Assembly: GCA_965153355.1 (NCBI GenBank)
Contig: OZ231126.1
Location: forward strand, 25,544,001-25,608,000
Origin: Flaccisagitta enflata
Taxonomy: Eukaryota
Direction of reading: 5' to 3'
DNA: 64,000 nt
Of this stretch, positions 36,991 to 51,505 are shown piece by piece. The stretch's first letter is position 1; each line of letters begins with the position of its first letter. The notes beneath the pieces are model-generated. The model was not told where the DNA came from and made no database searches. It saw only the letters and a program-made list of their open reading frames with translations. The position numbers were made by a program, and so were the translations under genes.

Positions 36991-38079
36991 CAAAGCACTA
37001 TCAAGTTTAAGACAGTAGATTCGTTTGCATTCTGAGATAAACATGCTATCATGAAAACAAATGGTTCAGAAGGCTGATATTTAAATATAGTTCAATAAAT
37101 ATTTATTCTTATGATATTGGTTATTATGAATGCATTTCCATGCATTTATGTTAAAATACTGGTTTTGAGAAATTCTTAGAACATTGCTAAAAATTTCACA
37201 TTTCCACAGTATGTTCTATAAGAATATCGCTTGCTCTGGCTGCTGCTAGAGCTTATCCATGTGTGACAACCTCTAGCAACTGTTAAATCCAGCAATATTC
37301 TTACAGAACATACTGTGGAGTTGTATAAAATTTGATTTTTAAACAATGTTCCTTCAAAAAATTTCTAGTGGAATATTGATATTTTGAACAGAATACATGG
37401 AAAAAGAGTTTCCATGGCAACCAACTATCATGGGCAATAAAGCATCACTTTATTATTCTATGTTCCAAATATCAATCCCCTGGCTTCATTTGTTAATCTA
37501 CAATGCTGGCCCCTATTATCTCAAGTCTAGACAAGATCTACTGTATGTTAATGAATAAATGCATTAAAAATTGTATTTTAAATCAGAATCTGGTTTGTTC
37601 CCTTAAAGAAAAACTTACTTGATTTACAAACTCTCAGTTACCATCTTTAAGAGAATTCCAGGCTGAAAACAGTCGAAAATTCAAGAACACTCACGCTGAG
37701 TTCAAAAAAACTGCTCTATAAAAAAGTGTAGGTCAAAGTTCAGATATCAAACTACCGATATACTAAAATCTCTTTACTAACTGTTCCACTCACACCATGG
37801 TGAATTATTTGCCAGAAAACCGCGTTGTTACTGTTTTCCCAGGTTATCTGGACAGTTTTTAGATGCGCCCTCGCATCTCTATAATCGTCGTAACTCATTC
37901 GTCGGTCGTGGTTAATGGTTGCTGGTTGGGTTGTTACGTAAGACTGCCAATATCGCGAAATCTCACAGTACTTTTGATGTAAAGTGCATCAATACTATCA
38001 GAATTCACCACTACAAGACATTATCAATAATATCCGCATCAATAATAATACACAATATCATCGCCACCACTACTAATAC

Positions 38080-39050
38080 ATTATCATCACTGTCAGTTGT
38101 TATCGTCAGTCAGCTATCGCTGCCTTTGTCGCCATCATCATCGCTGCCCCCATCATAGTCATCGTAAATATCGCTGCCTCTCATCATCGCAGTCGCTATC
38201 ATCGCTGCCGCTATCAGTGTCAACGCGGTTACTATCGTCATCATCATCGCTGCTACTGGATTGTTTGTTATTGCTGTCATGTTAATACCATATAAAGTAG
38301 ACTATAAATGACTGTATAAAGTAGACTCCTATAGTGAGACTCATAAGGTAGACTTTATAAAGTGGAGAGACTTATAGTAACACCATAAAGTAAGACCTTA
38401 TACAGTGAGACCATGAAATTAGACCAGCATAAAATTCAAGACTATAGCAAAGACTATTAAACTAAGACAAGATGCATCACATTACTGCTGCCATCAAAAA
38501 TAAATATTACAGCTATCAATACAAATATCAGCATCATAGTTACTACTCAATATCAATATCATCAATACTACTAATAATACTGTTACTACTACTAATTACT
38601 ACACACACACACAATACTAACTCAATATCGCTAATATCAATAATTAATACCGGCTACTTCATCATCATCATCGCCGCCGTTGTCGTTGCCAATGCTGCCT
38701 TTGTCGTCAATATCACGTCCCTATCATAGTCATCGTGAAATATCGCTGTCTCACTACCGGCGGTCGCCACCACCGCCGCCGCCACCAGTGTCAATGTTGT
38801 CATCATCAAGTCACATCATCATCAAGCTGTCATCATTGTCGCCATTAAGGTTGGGCAGCATGCCATATAAAGTAGACCTATAAATGAGACTGCATAAAGT
38901 AGACCTCAAAGTGAGACCGTTATAGACCTTTATAGTGAGACCGTATAAAGTAACACCATATAAAGTAAGACCATAACAGTGATATCATATGAAATTAGAC
39001 CATATAAACCAAGACCATATAAAGAAAGACCATTTAAACCAAGACAAGAC
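38080..39050. repeat. Degenerate tandem duplication (about 580-bp units) of CAT-rich sequence plus a CCATATAAAGTAGA minisatellite
   Basis: CATAGTCATCGT(A/G)AAATATCGCTG and CCATATAAAGTAGAC blocks recur at about 38154/38725 and 38288/38863. Confidence 0.7.
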
Positions 39051-39132
39051 GCATCAGCATTATCGTCGTCATCAAAAACAACATTATAGCCATCATCATA
39101 AACATCAGCATCATAGTTACCATCATCATCAA

Positions 39133-39171
<39 letters not shown>

Positions 39172-39173
39172 TG

Positions 39174-39209
<36 letters not shown>

Positions 39210-40369
39210 CCATCATCATCATCCTAATCATTATCATCATCATCTTCATTATCATCACTAATACTACTGGGGTATCGTCATCATAATTACTAACATTATT
39301 TATCGATATCATCATTAATATAGTTTCTTTCTGCCATCATAATTATCATCATCGCAATATTGTTAATATCATTATCATTCACACCATCATCATTAAGCCA
39401 TCATCAGCATCGTCGTCGTGGTTGTCATCAGCATCATCGATACAATCGTCATCATTTATCAACATGATCATTAACGTAGTCTTTTTTCTGTCGTCATCAT
39501 CATCATCGTCATATTCATCATCATCATCGTCATGCATCAATATCATCGCCATCATCATCAGCGTCATATTCATCGTCACCGTCATCAGCGTCATCGCTAC
39601 AAACGTCATAGTTGTCATTATTCAACATCATCATTATCATTGTTTTTTTTTTAGATGCGTCCTCGCATCTCTATAAGAGGGCAGGTCCGTCCGTCGGTTG
39701 GTCGGTTGGTTACACATTTATCATAATCTACTATATTTATGCCATATTACATATGAAACATAAATTCAGATCATTGTGGCTAGATAAATATAGCGTAAAA
39801 TCAGATTATAGAAAGATATTTTTAGTAGATTAAAGTAGAACTACATAAAGGTAAAGACCATATAAAGAAAGACTCATACAGAGAATGATCATATAAAGAA
39901 AGACTCATAAAGAAATATCATATAAAGAAAGACCATATAAAGAAAGACAGAGGATTGCACGTTGGCCTATCTGGCCTGTTTTCCAAAGAACTTTTGTTCA
40001 TGTTTGGCAATACTATTGGCAATAGGCTCGGCAAAGTTATATATGATATGAAGGTCAAGCGCCATTCTTTTTCTACCAGTCTATTGTTTGTTCTATGAGT
40101 AAATGTATTGTTTAACTGAGATTTGGCAACATTGCAACTGGAACGAAGCACACTGATCTTCCACTGGATTTTTGGCACAACACATTCTGAGAGCCACGCA
40201 CTTTCCCAGGTACACAAATTTGCCCCGGATTGCGAAAATGCTATATCTTAACTCTCCCTGTGTCAAATTTCAGCTCAATGAATGCATTATTTCTATCAAT
40301 TTTGACAATTTTGCCAGTTCGTTTACTTATGTGAGAGGTGTTATATTGGCTTTGTTTATTTTCTTCTCG

Positions 40370-43300
40370 GGTCGCCATTTAGGCCTCAAATCCAGCCTCT
40401 CAGGCCTCAAATCCAGCCTCTCGGGCCTCAAATCCAGCCTCTGGGGCCTCAAATCCAGCCTCTCAGGCCTCAAATCCAGCCTCTTGGGCCTTATATCCAG
40501 TCTCTCAGACCTTAAGTTCCCATTGAATAAGATGGCAAATTGACAAAAAATTGAAAAAAAATGCCAAATTCTCAAATATGCCCTCTCAGGACGTATGGAA
40601 ATTCACCTCTGTGTCTTACAGGACATCGGCCCTTTGGGGCCGCTGCCCTGCTCTCACTCCACTTCTTCAGCTAATCACTCCAAGCAGGGCATCGGGTACC
40701 GCTGACCATGTGCGATCCTTGGATGACTTGTTTTTGGGCAGCGGCCCGCGAGAGTACCTCATAGGCACCACAGGGCTTTGTTAGTCGTTCCGTTCGATCC
40801 GATTAGTCCCAGTTTGTCCCAGTTCGTCAGTGTCTCCAGGGCACAAATCTGCACCCTCTAGGCCTGAAATTCACCACCTCTCCAGGCCTGAGAGATCTGC
40901 CCTCTCAGGCCTTGAATCTGCCCTCTCAGGCACCAAAATCTGCTCTCTCAGAGCTGGAAATCTGTCCTCTGGGCGCAGATTTCTGCTCTCAGGCCCCCCT
41001 GAAATCTGCCCTCTCAGGCCTTGAATCTGCTTTCTCAGGCCTGAGAATGTTCTCTCAGGACTGAAATCTGTCCCCTCTCAGGCCTGAATCTGCCCTCACA
41101 GATTCAAGGCCTGGGGAGCAGGCCCTCGGGCCTGGTCATTTCGAGGCCTGGGAGGCTGGATTTCAGGCCTGAGGGCAGAGGAACAGACGGAGAAGGGATG
41201 GACAAAAAATAATGACAGAAGTCTACAATATTCCTAGGACAAGTCACCTCCAGGACAGCTGCCACTCATCATCTGCTCGTTTCACCAATAGCATGAAAGC
41301 AGGGCAACGGGTATCGCTGACCACATATTGCCCTTGGGCGACCTGTTACCAATTCCTTTTCTTCTTCTTTTCTCTTCTTCTTCCTTTTGGGCAGCGGCCC
41401 CAAAGGGGTTGATGACCAGGCCTGATTTTAGTGACTTTTTTGACTGAGCCAGTCGAGCTCGCTCCCTGCAATTTGACAGAGCCCGAGAGGAAACCCATGA
41501 GCCCCGTAAAAATGTCATGCCAAATTCTACAATCATATCAGCCTAGATTTGTAGTAGGAGCTACTAATTATATGATGTAATGATTAAATACTGATTTTAT
41601 GATGTAATGATAAAATGATCGCTACAAAGATGGTTCAATTTGTGGAAAATCGAAAAACAACCCAAAACTTGATGATTTTTGAAATATTTCACTCAATCAG
41701 CCTGAGCGCTTTGAATCCATTCCTATGAGAGAGAGCCTGCCGGGCTCAGAGCTTGCAAAACATGAGAGCCCGAGAGCAAAATAGAGAGCATCGGGCTCGC
41801 GGGCTCGCTCTAAAATCAGGCCTGTTGATGACCTAAGCTTTCACACATATGGGGGATTTTCTCCTCCTCCTTCTTCTTCTCCTCCTTTGCCTCCCCACTC
41901 CCCCAGCCTCAGGCCCATATCTCAGCAGGCCCATATTCCAGCCTCGAGGCCCAAATCCCAGACTTGAGGCGAATCCCACCACTCAAGGCCCAAATCCCAA
42001 CCCCAAGGCCCAGATTCCAGTCTCTAGGGATTTGGGCCTCAAGACTGTGATTGGGCCTCGAGGCTGGGATATAGCAGGCCTCAGGCTAGCCTGTGAGCCT
42101 GGGCTGGGGAGGAGCGGAGGAAGGAGGGAGGAGGAAAATCCCCTTGAGATGGTGCCCTGCCCCCGTCAATTTCAACCCCAACCCACTCAGGCTGAGGCAC
42201 GGGCCAGCGCTGACCATCTAGCAGCTTTACCTTTATTCTACTGTTTTGGGCAACGGCCGAAGGCCGATGACCTGTGCTTTCACACAGTGTACCCCCCCCC
42301 TGGAGGCCCAAATCCTAGCTTTGAGGCTCAAATCCCAGCCTCGAGGCTCAAATCCCAGCCTCGAGGCTCAGATCCCAGCCTCGAGGCTCAAATCCCAGCC
42401 TCGAGGCTCAAATCCCAGCCTCGAGGCTCAAATCCCAGCCTCAAGGCTCAAATTCCAGCCTCAAGGCCCCAATGCCAGCCTCCAGGCCCTAATTCCAGCC
42501 TTGAGGCGCAAATAAAAACAGCCTAGGTCATCGGCCCCTTCAAGGCTGCTGCTCCTCTAACCACCTTACACCCACACACTCACATAGGGGCAACGGGTAC
42601 CGCTGACCATCTAACGCCGCGCTTTTGCGACTATTTTTTCTTTTTTCCCTTTCTTCTTCTGCTTTGGCTATTTTCATGTGCGCCAACGCATTTCTGTAAT
42701 TGGCTGTGTCCATAGGTTGGTTGGTCTGTCAGTTGGTTGGTAACACAAACATTTGACAATCCACATGGCACACCTACATTACCTACTTTTCCTCGTTCAT
42801 AATTTTCTCTTCCCTTCTAGCTTCTTTTTCTTTCTTCCTCATTCTTTAGGGGGGGATGGGGGAGGGGGGCTAATTTTTAGCCCCTTTGAGGCCATTAGCC
42901 CATTTTCATTGTCACTATTTTTTCGTAATTTTCTTTTTGGGCAGCGGCTCCGTTTTATGCCCCCCTGCAGCCAATCTAGGCCTCAAATCAGCCCTCCCAG
43001 ACCTCAATTTAGCCTTTTGAGTAGCAGCCCCAAAGGGGGTGAACTCCTGTAGAACCCAGGGGGACTTTTGTTTGTCCATAAGTCCGTTGGTCCACTAGTC
43101 CCCCCCAGGCCCTCTCAGGCTTGAAATCTGCCCTCTTAGACCTGAAATCTGCCCTTTCAGGCCTGAAATCTGCCCTCTCAGGCCTGAAATATGCCCTCTC
43201 AGGCCAGAAATCTGCCCTCTCAGGCCTTGAATCTGCCCTCTTAGGCCTGAAATCTACCCTCTCAGACCTGAAATCTGCCCTCTCTGGCCTGAAACCTGAG

Positions 43301-44737
43301 AGGGCAGATTTCAGGCCTGGGAGGGCAGATTTCAGGCCTGAGAGGGTAGATTTCAGGCCTGAGAGGGCCTGGGGGGGACTGACGGATGGATATCAGATGG
43401 ACGAACAAACACAAGTCCCCCTGCGTTCTACAGGACTTTGTCTCCTTCGGGGCCGGTGCCCTGCATCCTCTCACTCTGATACACAACCATGCAAAGCAGG
43501 GCAACATGTATTGCTGACCACGTATTGCCTTTGGATAACCTGTTCAAGCCTCAAATCAGCCCTCTCAGGCATCAAATCAGCCCTTTCAGACCTCAAATCA
43601 GTCATTCCAGGCCTCAAATCAGCCTTTTGGGCAGCGGCCCCGAAGGGGATGAAGTCCTGTAAAACACGGGGAATCTGTCCATCCGTCTGTACGTCCATCC
43701 GTCTTTCCCCACTTCACCATAAACCGTCTCCTTTGGGGCCCCAAATCGACTGTATTAAATCCGTGAAATGGTCCAATCACTTAAAATTGTGGCCAAATCA
43801 GTCAAAATACATAGACCAGGTAAAATGGGCTTTATCTGGCTAGAAGACCTGAATTCTGGCCTGAGTTCTATCATCTTGGCCCCTTAAACTTAGATTCTGG
43901 CTCCAAAAACCCACATCCAAGCCTTAGAGACCCAGATCCTGACCTTTGGGACCCAGATTCTGACCTCCAAGACCTAGGTGCTGGCCTAAAAGACCTAAAT
44001 CCTAGCCTCAGAGGACCAAATCCTGACCTCAGAAACTGAAATCCTTGCCTCTGAGACCAAGAAATTGGTCTCTGAGACCCAGATTCTGGCCTCAGAGACC
44101 CAGATCCTGGCCTGCTCCTGCCTCAACTTAACCTACAAACTATAAAATAAGGGCAAGGGTACCATTATCCATATACTGCCTTTTGTCATTTCTCCATGGT
44201 ATTCCATGAAAATTTGAATAACAGAGCATCCTGGACAGAAGGAAGGCAAACAGGACGGACGGACGGATGGACGGACGGACAGATTCCCCCTGTGTTCTAC
44301 AGGACTTTGTCCCCTTCGGGGCCGCTGCCCTGCTCCCTCTCAACCTTCATCACTTCCTACTCAAGCAGGGCACGGGTACCGCTGACCACTTACTGCCTTT
44401 GGGCTGCTATTCAGGCTTAAAATCAGCTCCTTTAGGCCTAAGATAAGCTCTCAGGCCTCAAATCAACCCTAAAGCATTGCTCTTGAGACTAAATTCAGCT
44501 TTCTCTGGCCTCAAATCAAGCCACCTGAGTCTTCAAATCTGAGAGAGTCGAAAATGTCTTGTAAATTTTTGTCTCGTCAAATTTTGTCCATCAACACACT
44601 TGTCTTGACAAATTTGTCTCGACAAATTTGTCTCGAGGAATTTGTCTTGAGGAATTTGTCTCGACGAATTTGTCTCGACGAATTTGTCTCGACGAATTTG
44701 TCTCGACGAATGTGTCCTATCCTTGCTTTCAGCTGTC

Positions 44738-44773
<36 letters not shown>

Positions 44774-46235
44774 GTGTGAAAGCATGGGTCATCGACACCT
44801 TCGGGCTGCTGTCCTGCTTCCCCCTCCAACTTCAAGCCCAAACTACTTAGGCAGGGCGCGGGTACCGCTGACCATCTAACGCTTTTGCGACTGTTTCCTC
44901 TTCTTTTTGGGCAGCGGCCCCAAAGGGCCGATGTCCTGTAGGACACAGGGGGAATTTTGGGACGTCCGTCCTCCGTCCTTCTGTCCTTCCATCCGTCCGT
45001 CTGTCCTTCTGTTCCCCCCCCCCCTTGGCCATTGGAGCCTCAAGTCTACAGTCTGAGGCCTGATCTTGGCCCTTTGAGCCCTCAAATTAGCTCTTTCAGA
45101 CCTCAATTTAGCCCTCGAGAGCTCAAATCAGCTCTCCAGACCTCATATCTGCTCTCAAGACCTCAAATTAGCCCTCCAGACCTCAAATCCGCGCTCCAGT
45201 CCTCAAATCAACTCTTCAGGCCTTAAATTTGTCCTCTAGGCCTCAGACCTGCCCCCCCCCACCTCAAATTTGCTCTTTCGGACTAAATTCTGCCATCCCG
45301 ACTTCAAATCTGCCTCAGGACATCTCAAAATTCACCACTGTGTCATACAGGACATTGACCCTTTGGGGCCGCTGCCTTGCTCTCACTCCACTACCTCACT
45401 TGATCACTCCAAGCAGGGCATCGGGTACCGCTGACCATGTGCAATCCTTGGATGATTAGTTCTCTCTTTCCTCTTTTTTTGGGCAGCAGCCCCAAAGGGG
45501 CCGATGACCTATGCTTTCACACGTAGAGGAAATTTCTCCTTCCTCTCCTCCTTCCCTTATTTTTTCTTATGGGCAGCGGCCCCAGAGGGGCCGATGACCT
45601 ATGATTCTCTGGTTTCTGTGTGTCCGTCCCCCCCCAGCCTCAAGACAGGCCCCTCAAATCCAAAATCAGGCCACTCAGACCCTTAATTAGGCCTCTCAGA
45701 CCCCAAATCAGGTTTCTCAGACCCCAAATCAGGCCGCCCAGACCCTAAATTGGGCCTCTCAGATCCCTAATAGGTCCTCTCAGACTCTAGATTAGGCCTC
45801 TCAGACCCTAAATCTGGCTTCTTGGAACCCAAATCAGGCCTTTCAGACCCCAAAATACGCCCCCAAACCCTAAATCAGGGCTTTCAGACCCCTAATAAGG
45901 CCTCTCAGACCCTAAATCAGGCCTCTGAGACCTTAAATCAGGCCTCTCAGACCCCAAAAAATGCCTCAGACCCTAGATTAAGCCTCTCAGATTCCAAATC
46001 TGGCCTTTGAGACCCCAAATAAAGCCTCTCATGATCACAGACCTTTCGGACCCAAAATAAGGCCTCTCAGCCCCCCAAAGCAGCTTCTCAAACTGGAGAA
46101 AATTGTCCTATGTGAAATCATAGGTCACCAGCCCCTCCGGGGCCGCTGCCTCTCTCGTCATCTCATTCCGGCATGTACGTACACGAACTTAGGGGCATCG
46201 GGTACCGCTGACCATCTAATGCTTTTGCGACTTTT
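40370..46235 (+). mobile_element. Cluster of about 10 full or partial foldback family B elements, mostly head-to-tail
   Basis: Repeated TTTTGGGCAGCGGCCCC starts (40735, 41385, 42244, 43016, 43625, 44904, 45478), 19-21-bp internal tandem repeats, and tails GCAGGGCA.CGGGTACCGCTGACCA plus a hairpin. Confidence 0.75.
41417..41824. mobile_element. hAT-type MITE, copy 2, nested in a family B element
   Basis: TIRs CAGGCCTGATTTTAG/CTAAAATCAGGCCTG; 8-bp TSD TTGATGAC (41409-41416, 41825-41832). Confidence 0.92.
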
Positions 46236-47041
46236 TTTTTTCATTCCCCCTCTTTTCTTGCCCGCTCCCGGGCCTCCCAACATCCCTGATAAGGCCAATG
46301 CCTTCAGAGGAATTTGAGGTTGAGTTCGTTGTTCATTCGCGGCAATTCGCAGATGACGAGAATGACGAAATAATCCCCGCAATGGAATGAATGAATGAAT
46401 GAATGAATGAATGAATGAATGAATGAATGAATGAATGAATGAATGAATGAATGAATGAATGAAAAAACGATTGAATGAAATGAATGGTGTCAATGGATCT
46501 CCGAAAATGTTGGCCCACTCAAGTATGCAAATCTTACTCATTGACTCATCGCAGTTGCCAAAAGATAGAGATCTTCAAAAATGGTTGCAGGTGTAGAGTG
46601 CATCTTTTATTGATTAAGAATCAACCCAAAGTGGATTGCATGATGGATTTTAAGGAATGAATAATCAATAAATCTTTTTACAAATGTGAAAATACGACAC
46701 ATTAATACACATTATAAATTGGGCAGTGGCAGTGGAAGTTGGGTGCTTCACATAGCTTGATAATACCCATCAACATCTGCTGTCCAACATTCCGTGACAA
46801 CACCATGTAATGACGCCACGTCATGACGCTAGGAAATAAGCGAAAAATGTGGGATAGCAATAAAGAAGAAGCCCTCAACATATGTTAAACAGGAGATCAT
46901 GATTAAACTAAGTAAATGGAGTAGATCAAAGCTTAGGAGTAGATATCAGCGGCACTGTAATTTGTGTTTTCAGATGCGCATCTATTTAGGAGGGTCTGTC
47001 TGTAGGTCCGTTCGTCCGTCCGTCGGTCGGTCCATTACACC

Positions 47042-47162
47042 TAGGGATGTGGAAGCGGTCGATTTTAGTACCGCTTCCGCTTCTGCTTCTATTTTGCAGT
47101 AAAAATACTAGTAGCTATCCCATCCTCCAAATTGGAAGCGGTCAATCGCTTCCACATCCCTA
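47042..47162. mobile_element. 121-bp MITE (hAT-like TAGGG ends) inside a HINE-like repeat
   Basis: TIRs TAGGGATGTGGAAGCG/CGCTTCCACATCCCTA; TSD not clean. Confidence 0.65.
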
Positions 47163-49340
47163 GACTTACAGCTGTCCAAAAACCGCGTTTCTCGGCTGAT
47201 TTTGGCCATGGTGACATCCTAAACGGAAAAAGATAATCGACTAACGTGTAATGAGAGCCTCTTTGGTCGTTTCATCTGTCTGTCCGTCCATCTGCCTCTC
47301 ACTTTGAGTCACATGTTTAGCACCGAATTGAACACATGCGGGGACACAGTCCGGACGCATCGTTGCCCGGGCAGGCGTGTTAACGAATACATGGCGGAAG
47401 CGCGCCATCAGTCTCGCTTCGTTTTCACTCGTGACTTGAGTAGTTTGCGAATTCGGACCTGCAAGTGATTGCGTGATACATGCATTCTCACCATCTCTTG
47501 TTCTTTTACGGCTCGGGCAACTTAATATAACATTTAGACGATTTTTTTGAAATTTGACAATATGTTCTGTTTTGAAAGAATGTACTTCAAATAGAATAAT
47601 TTTGATTAGGCGTTCTTCAGTAGAAGTATGAGTCATAATCAAACTTGTTTGTTTTAAAATTCTATAGTCTATAAACGATAACTTTGATTTGACAGCATTA
47701 TGCAAATAAGGCTCGAATGACGAATCATAGATAGCATGCCAACCGTTACATTGTTACTTTCATTGCAGGCTGTCTCAAAATTCTCACTCTTTGCCGTTTA
47801 TATGTATCTTTTTAAATGCGTCATCGTATCTCTATAAGAGGGTCTGTCCGTCCGTGCGTCCGTCGGTCCGTTGGTCCGTTACGCCTCTTCCAATATCACG
47901 CAGAGGACGCATCTAGTTGCCCGCTCGGGCTTCTTGAATGGCTTTTGGTTTTTTTATTAGATTTTTTTTTCATTTTGTTCGTCTGTCCGTCTGTCCATCT
48001 GAAATGCATGTGCAAAAGCTGTGTTTATTGGCTGTTGAGATGGTGAGATTCTACACTGAATCAAATGATCGACGAGCGTGTTTCGAAGACCTCTTTTGCT
48101 TATGTGTCGTTTCATCTGTTCAGAAGTCCATCTGTCTTTCCATACATTTTTTTAAAGGACCAGTAGAATTTTTCTTTGTACTGAGGTGTCATTGTAATAG
48201 CTTATAATTCCTTTGAAGGTATTAAGGGTATTTCAATTAGGTTGTATTGGTAAAAAAAAAAGAACATCATTTATGTATAAAAACAAATCACGGGTATTTT
48301 CTAAACTTAATTCTTTTCGATAATTTACTCAAAAATAGTTGTAATGATGAATATGCCACAGATTTTTTCCCAAATTTGAGGCTGGGCTTGTCCTTAAAAA
48401 TATCCTTAGATATTGGAAAAATTTCTGCCTAATGTCCTTTATAACTTGGTCCCAACTCAGAAAAAAAGAGTATATATCACCTGTTTAGCGCAAAATTCAA
48501 TACACGCGGGTACACAGTTTAGACGCATCATTACTTGGTCGGGCATGTTAAAGTGTGACTAAGCACCTTTTCACCGGGTCATGTCTGTCAATTTCATTGG
48601 TCGGTTGGTAAGTTAGTTGGCGTATTCGCCCCGCACCCATCGGCCTACTTGACCTGTCAGCTCTTGAAGATGAAAAGGTAATTATCTATTTCCATACAGG
48701 GTGTACCAACTCAGTTGTAACATAAAAAATCGATGTATCTCTGTTTCTAAAAGAGATAATCTAATTCTGAAAAAAGTTCTAAGGAGCTTTTAAGATGGCC
48801 TATAGAAAATTTTTAAATCGCGCGCAAAAAATTTAGAAGGTAGCCCTGTTGGAGCTGATTCCAAATCTGTGCCCATTTACCTTTGCATGAACATTAAGTA
48901 CCTCAAAAAACCTCAAGTAGGTTCTCTTGGGTCACTGGCTTGGAAGAGCAAAAGAAAAAAAAGAACAGACAGGTACACAGCAATTATAGTCGCGGGTGGG
49001 CAGGGGCAGTGATGTGAGAGGACATTCAAGCACTTTAGTAGGAACGACGATGCAAAAAATGCAAAAACTGACAAACGAGACTGACCGAAGAACCAACCAA
49101 CCAACAGACAGACAAACGACCCCTGTGGATTATAGAGTCATGTGGCACGTGATTAAAAACGAGGCTTGTGGGTGGGCAGGAGCACTGATATAGAAGACCA
49201 TTCAGGCACTCAGGCTGGTCCAGCGACATGAAACCGCAAAACTCGACGTACACGATGAACCGACAAACGGAGTGACCAACCAACGGACACTGCTCAATAA
49301 TCATGATACATTGCATCACCGCCTCCACTAATCAGTAGGT

Positions 49341-49416
<76 letters not shown>

Positions 49417-49507
49417 GTTTATCTATCGACCATTCACGGGCTACCCCAACTATACATCAATCGAGTATTTATCTATCTGTTTAGAGAGAGATAAACCTAT
49501 CAAGCAA

Positions 49508-49595
<88 letters not shown>

Positions 49596-49801
49596 ACGTG
49601 CGTGCATGCGTGCGTGCGTGCATTTGCGCTTGTGTCTGGGTCTTCCTAAACATCAGACTCTACAATTACAGTTACGGCTTCAACGTGAACTAGCCTTAGA
49701 GGGCAACAATTTCAAGCTACGTGTTTCACTATAACACATTGTCGGTAAATTACATGATTTCATAATAACAAAGAAATATTCTAAAATCACTTTTAGGAAT
49801 A

Positions 49802-50223
49802 CACGCTTTTCTTTTTACAAGAACACTGTTTATAAGAACATCAGCCTCAGATTGGGCCAAAAAATAAGAACATCTTAAGAACATGCTGAGCCTGAGTTTT
49901 GAAGATAAGAATATAGGTTTTGAAAAAAAACGTAAAATAAGATGAAAAACCCTGAATGATGGGTATATTGTTAATGCTTTCTAAAATGATATTTCATTAT
50001 GTATCAACTGTCAATCTTACATTTCTTTTTATTTAATGAAAATATTTTTTTCTACAATTGCTTAAAAAACGAACTTTTATATTAAGATAGATATATAATT
50101 GAAGAGATTATCTAATTTAAAAATAAGAACATGTTAAGAACGCCTGAGCCTAAAAAAGAGGCTGAAAATAGGAACGCTGAGGCTGACTTTAAAAATCCAT
50201 GTTCTTATAAAATGAAAAGCGTG
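49802..50223. mobile_element. TA-flanked MITE
   Basis: TIRs CACGCTTTTC.TTTTA/TAAAATGAAAAGCGTG; internal ATAAGAACA repeats. Confidence 0.8.
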
Positions 50224-50559
50224 TAATATATAATAGAAATTAGGGTACGCGACGAGATGTTCAAGGGGCAATCAGCCAGAAGTCCGATCTTTGGTGCCCT
50301 TTTCTTCTTTTAATTGTCGTTGATGTAACTTTTTTTCGGGGGGGGGGGGGAGTTGCAGAAATAAACGTTCCTGAAAAGAGCAAAGAGAAGTACTTAGTTA
50401 CGACACATGGAAAAAAAACTTTTTTTTAATTGTGGACATGCAACTCGATAATAGGCTTTAAAATCCACCCCTCAGTCCATCTGTTCGTCCGTTCGTTGGT
50501 CCATTGTCCATTGGTCCAATGGTCCGTCACGGTCGAGTTGAAAATGCAAAAAAATGTGC

Positions 50560-50719
50560 ATTTTTAGTTGCGGATACGCAACTCTATAAGAGGCTTTGTC
50601 CATCCGTCCGTCAGTCCGTTGGTCAGTCCGTGATGATCGAGTTGGAAAGTGTGAAAACGCGCATTTCCGCCCCTGCTGACCCGTCCGCAACTGGTATTGG
50701 CCGTGTATCCGGCCTTGTT
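50560..50719 (+). mobile_element. HINE/DINE-1-like element, family A
   Basis: AGTTGCGGA..CGCAACT ... TCCGCAACT ... GGCCGTGTATCCGGCC-TTGTT. Confidence 0.75.
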
Positions 50720-51342
50720 GATGCTGCAATTGTGTGTGCGTGTGTGAGGGAGTGTGTAGGAAGGGGCTTGGATTTCCCAGGCCACCTGTCCGCAACAATA
50801 TTGTGACTCCGTGTCACTTGTTTTATATCTAGGGTCGGTAATAGTGGGTTTAACTGTATTTCTAACAGGTTAAGCGGCAGACCAACAGTCAAATTGAAGA
50901 GGAACCAGAGACGGAGAGACAACTTTCTATAGGTGTATGAGGCTGTATAAAAAGATACTTCTTGGTTCTTACCATATCTAATTTGCAAGAATAACTCACC
51001 CAATATGGATTTCGGCCCAAGGCTATCGCCAGTGAAAGACCTGAATGAGAACATTAACATTTGTAAAAGCATTTTGGAATATTTCATACATTGCATCTTT
51101 ACACCCCCATCGTCCAAACGATTCTTGTTTTTTACCTTTTTGGCAATATTCAGTTGTTCAAGGCATAGCTTTTCTTGCCCACGGTTTCTGCGTTAGCGCG
51201 ATTCAATTTACTTAGAGGCATTGCAATACTCCAACCTGTTGCAATCGTACTTTTGAGTATCACATCGAAGCAGCAACTTTTTGCTTCGTCAATTGATGTG
51301 TTAGTTTATCAGAACATCAGACTGTTGTCCAAATTTTGTCTA

Positions 51343-51505
<163 letters not shown>

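Noticed and set aside
43121-43843. 240-aa ORF with LKSALSG heptad repeats that looks like a coiled coil
   Set aside because: Arises from the 21-bp tandem repeat of a family B element; likewise 35206-35904 and 41849-42526.
50623-51117. ORF beginning DDGGVKMQCMKYSKMLLQMLMF, superficially tetraspanin-like
   Set aside because: Non-ATG start, no four-transmembrane pattern, and it runs into a HINE repeat.
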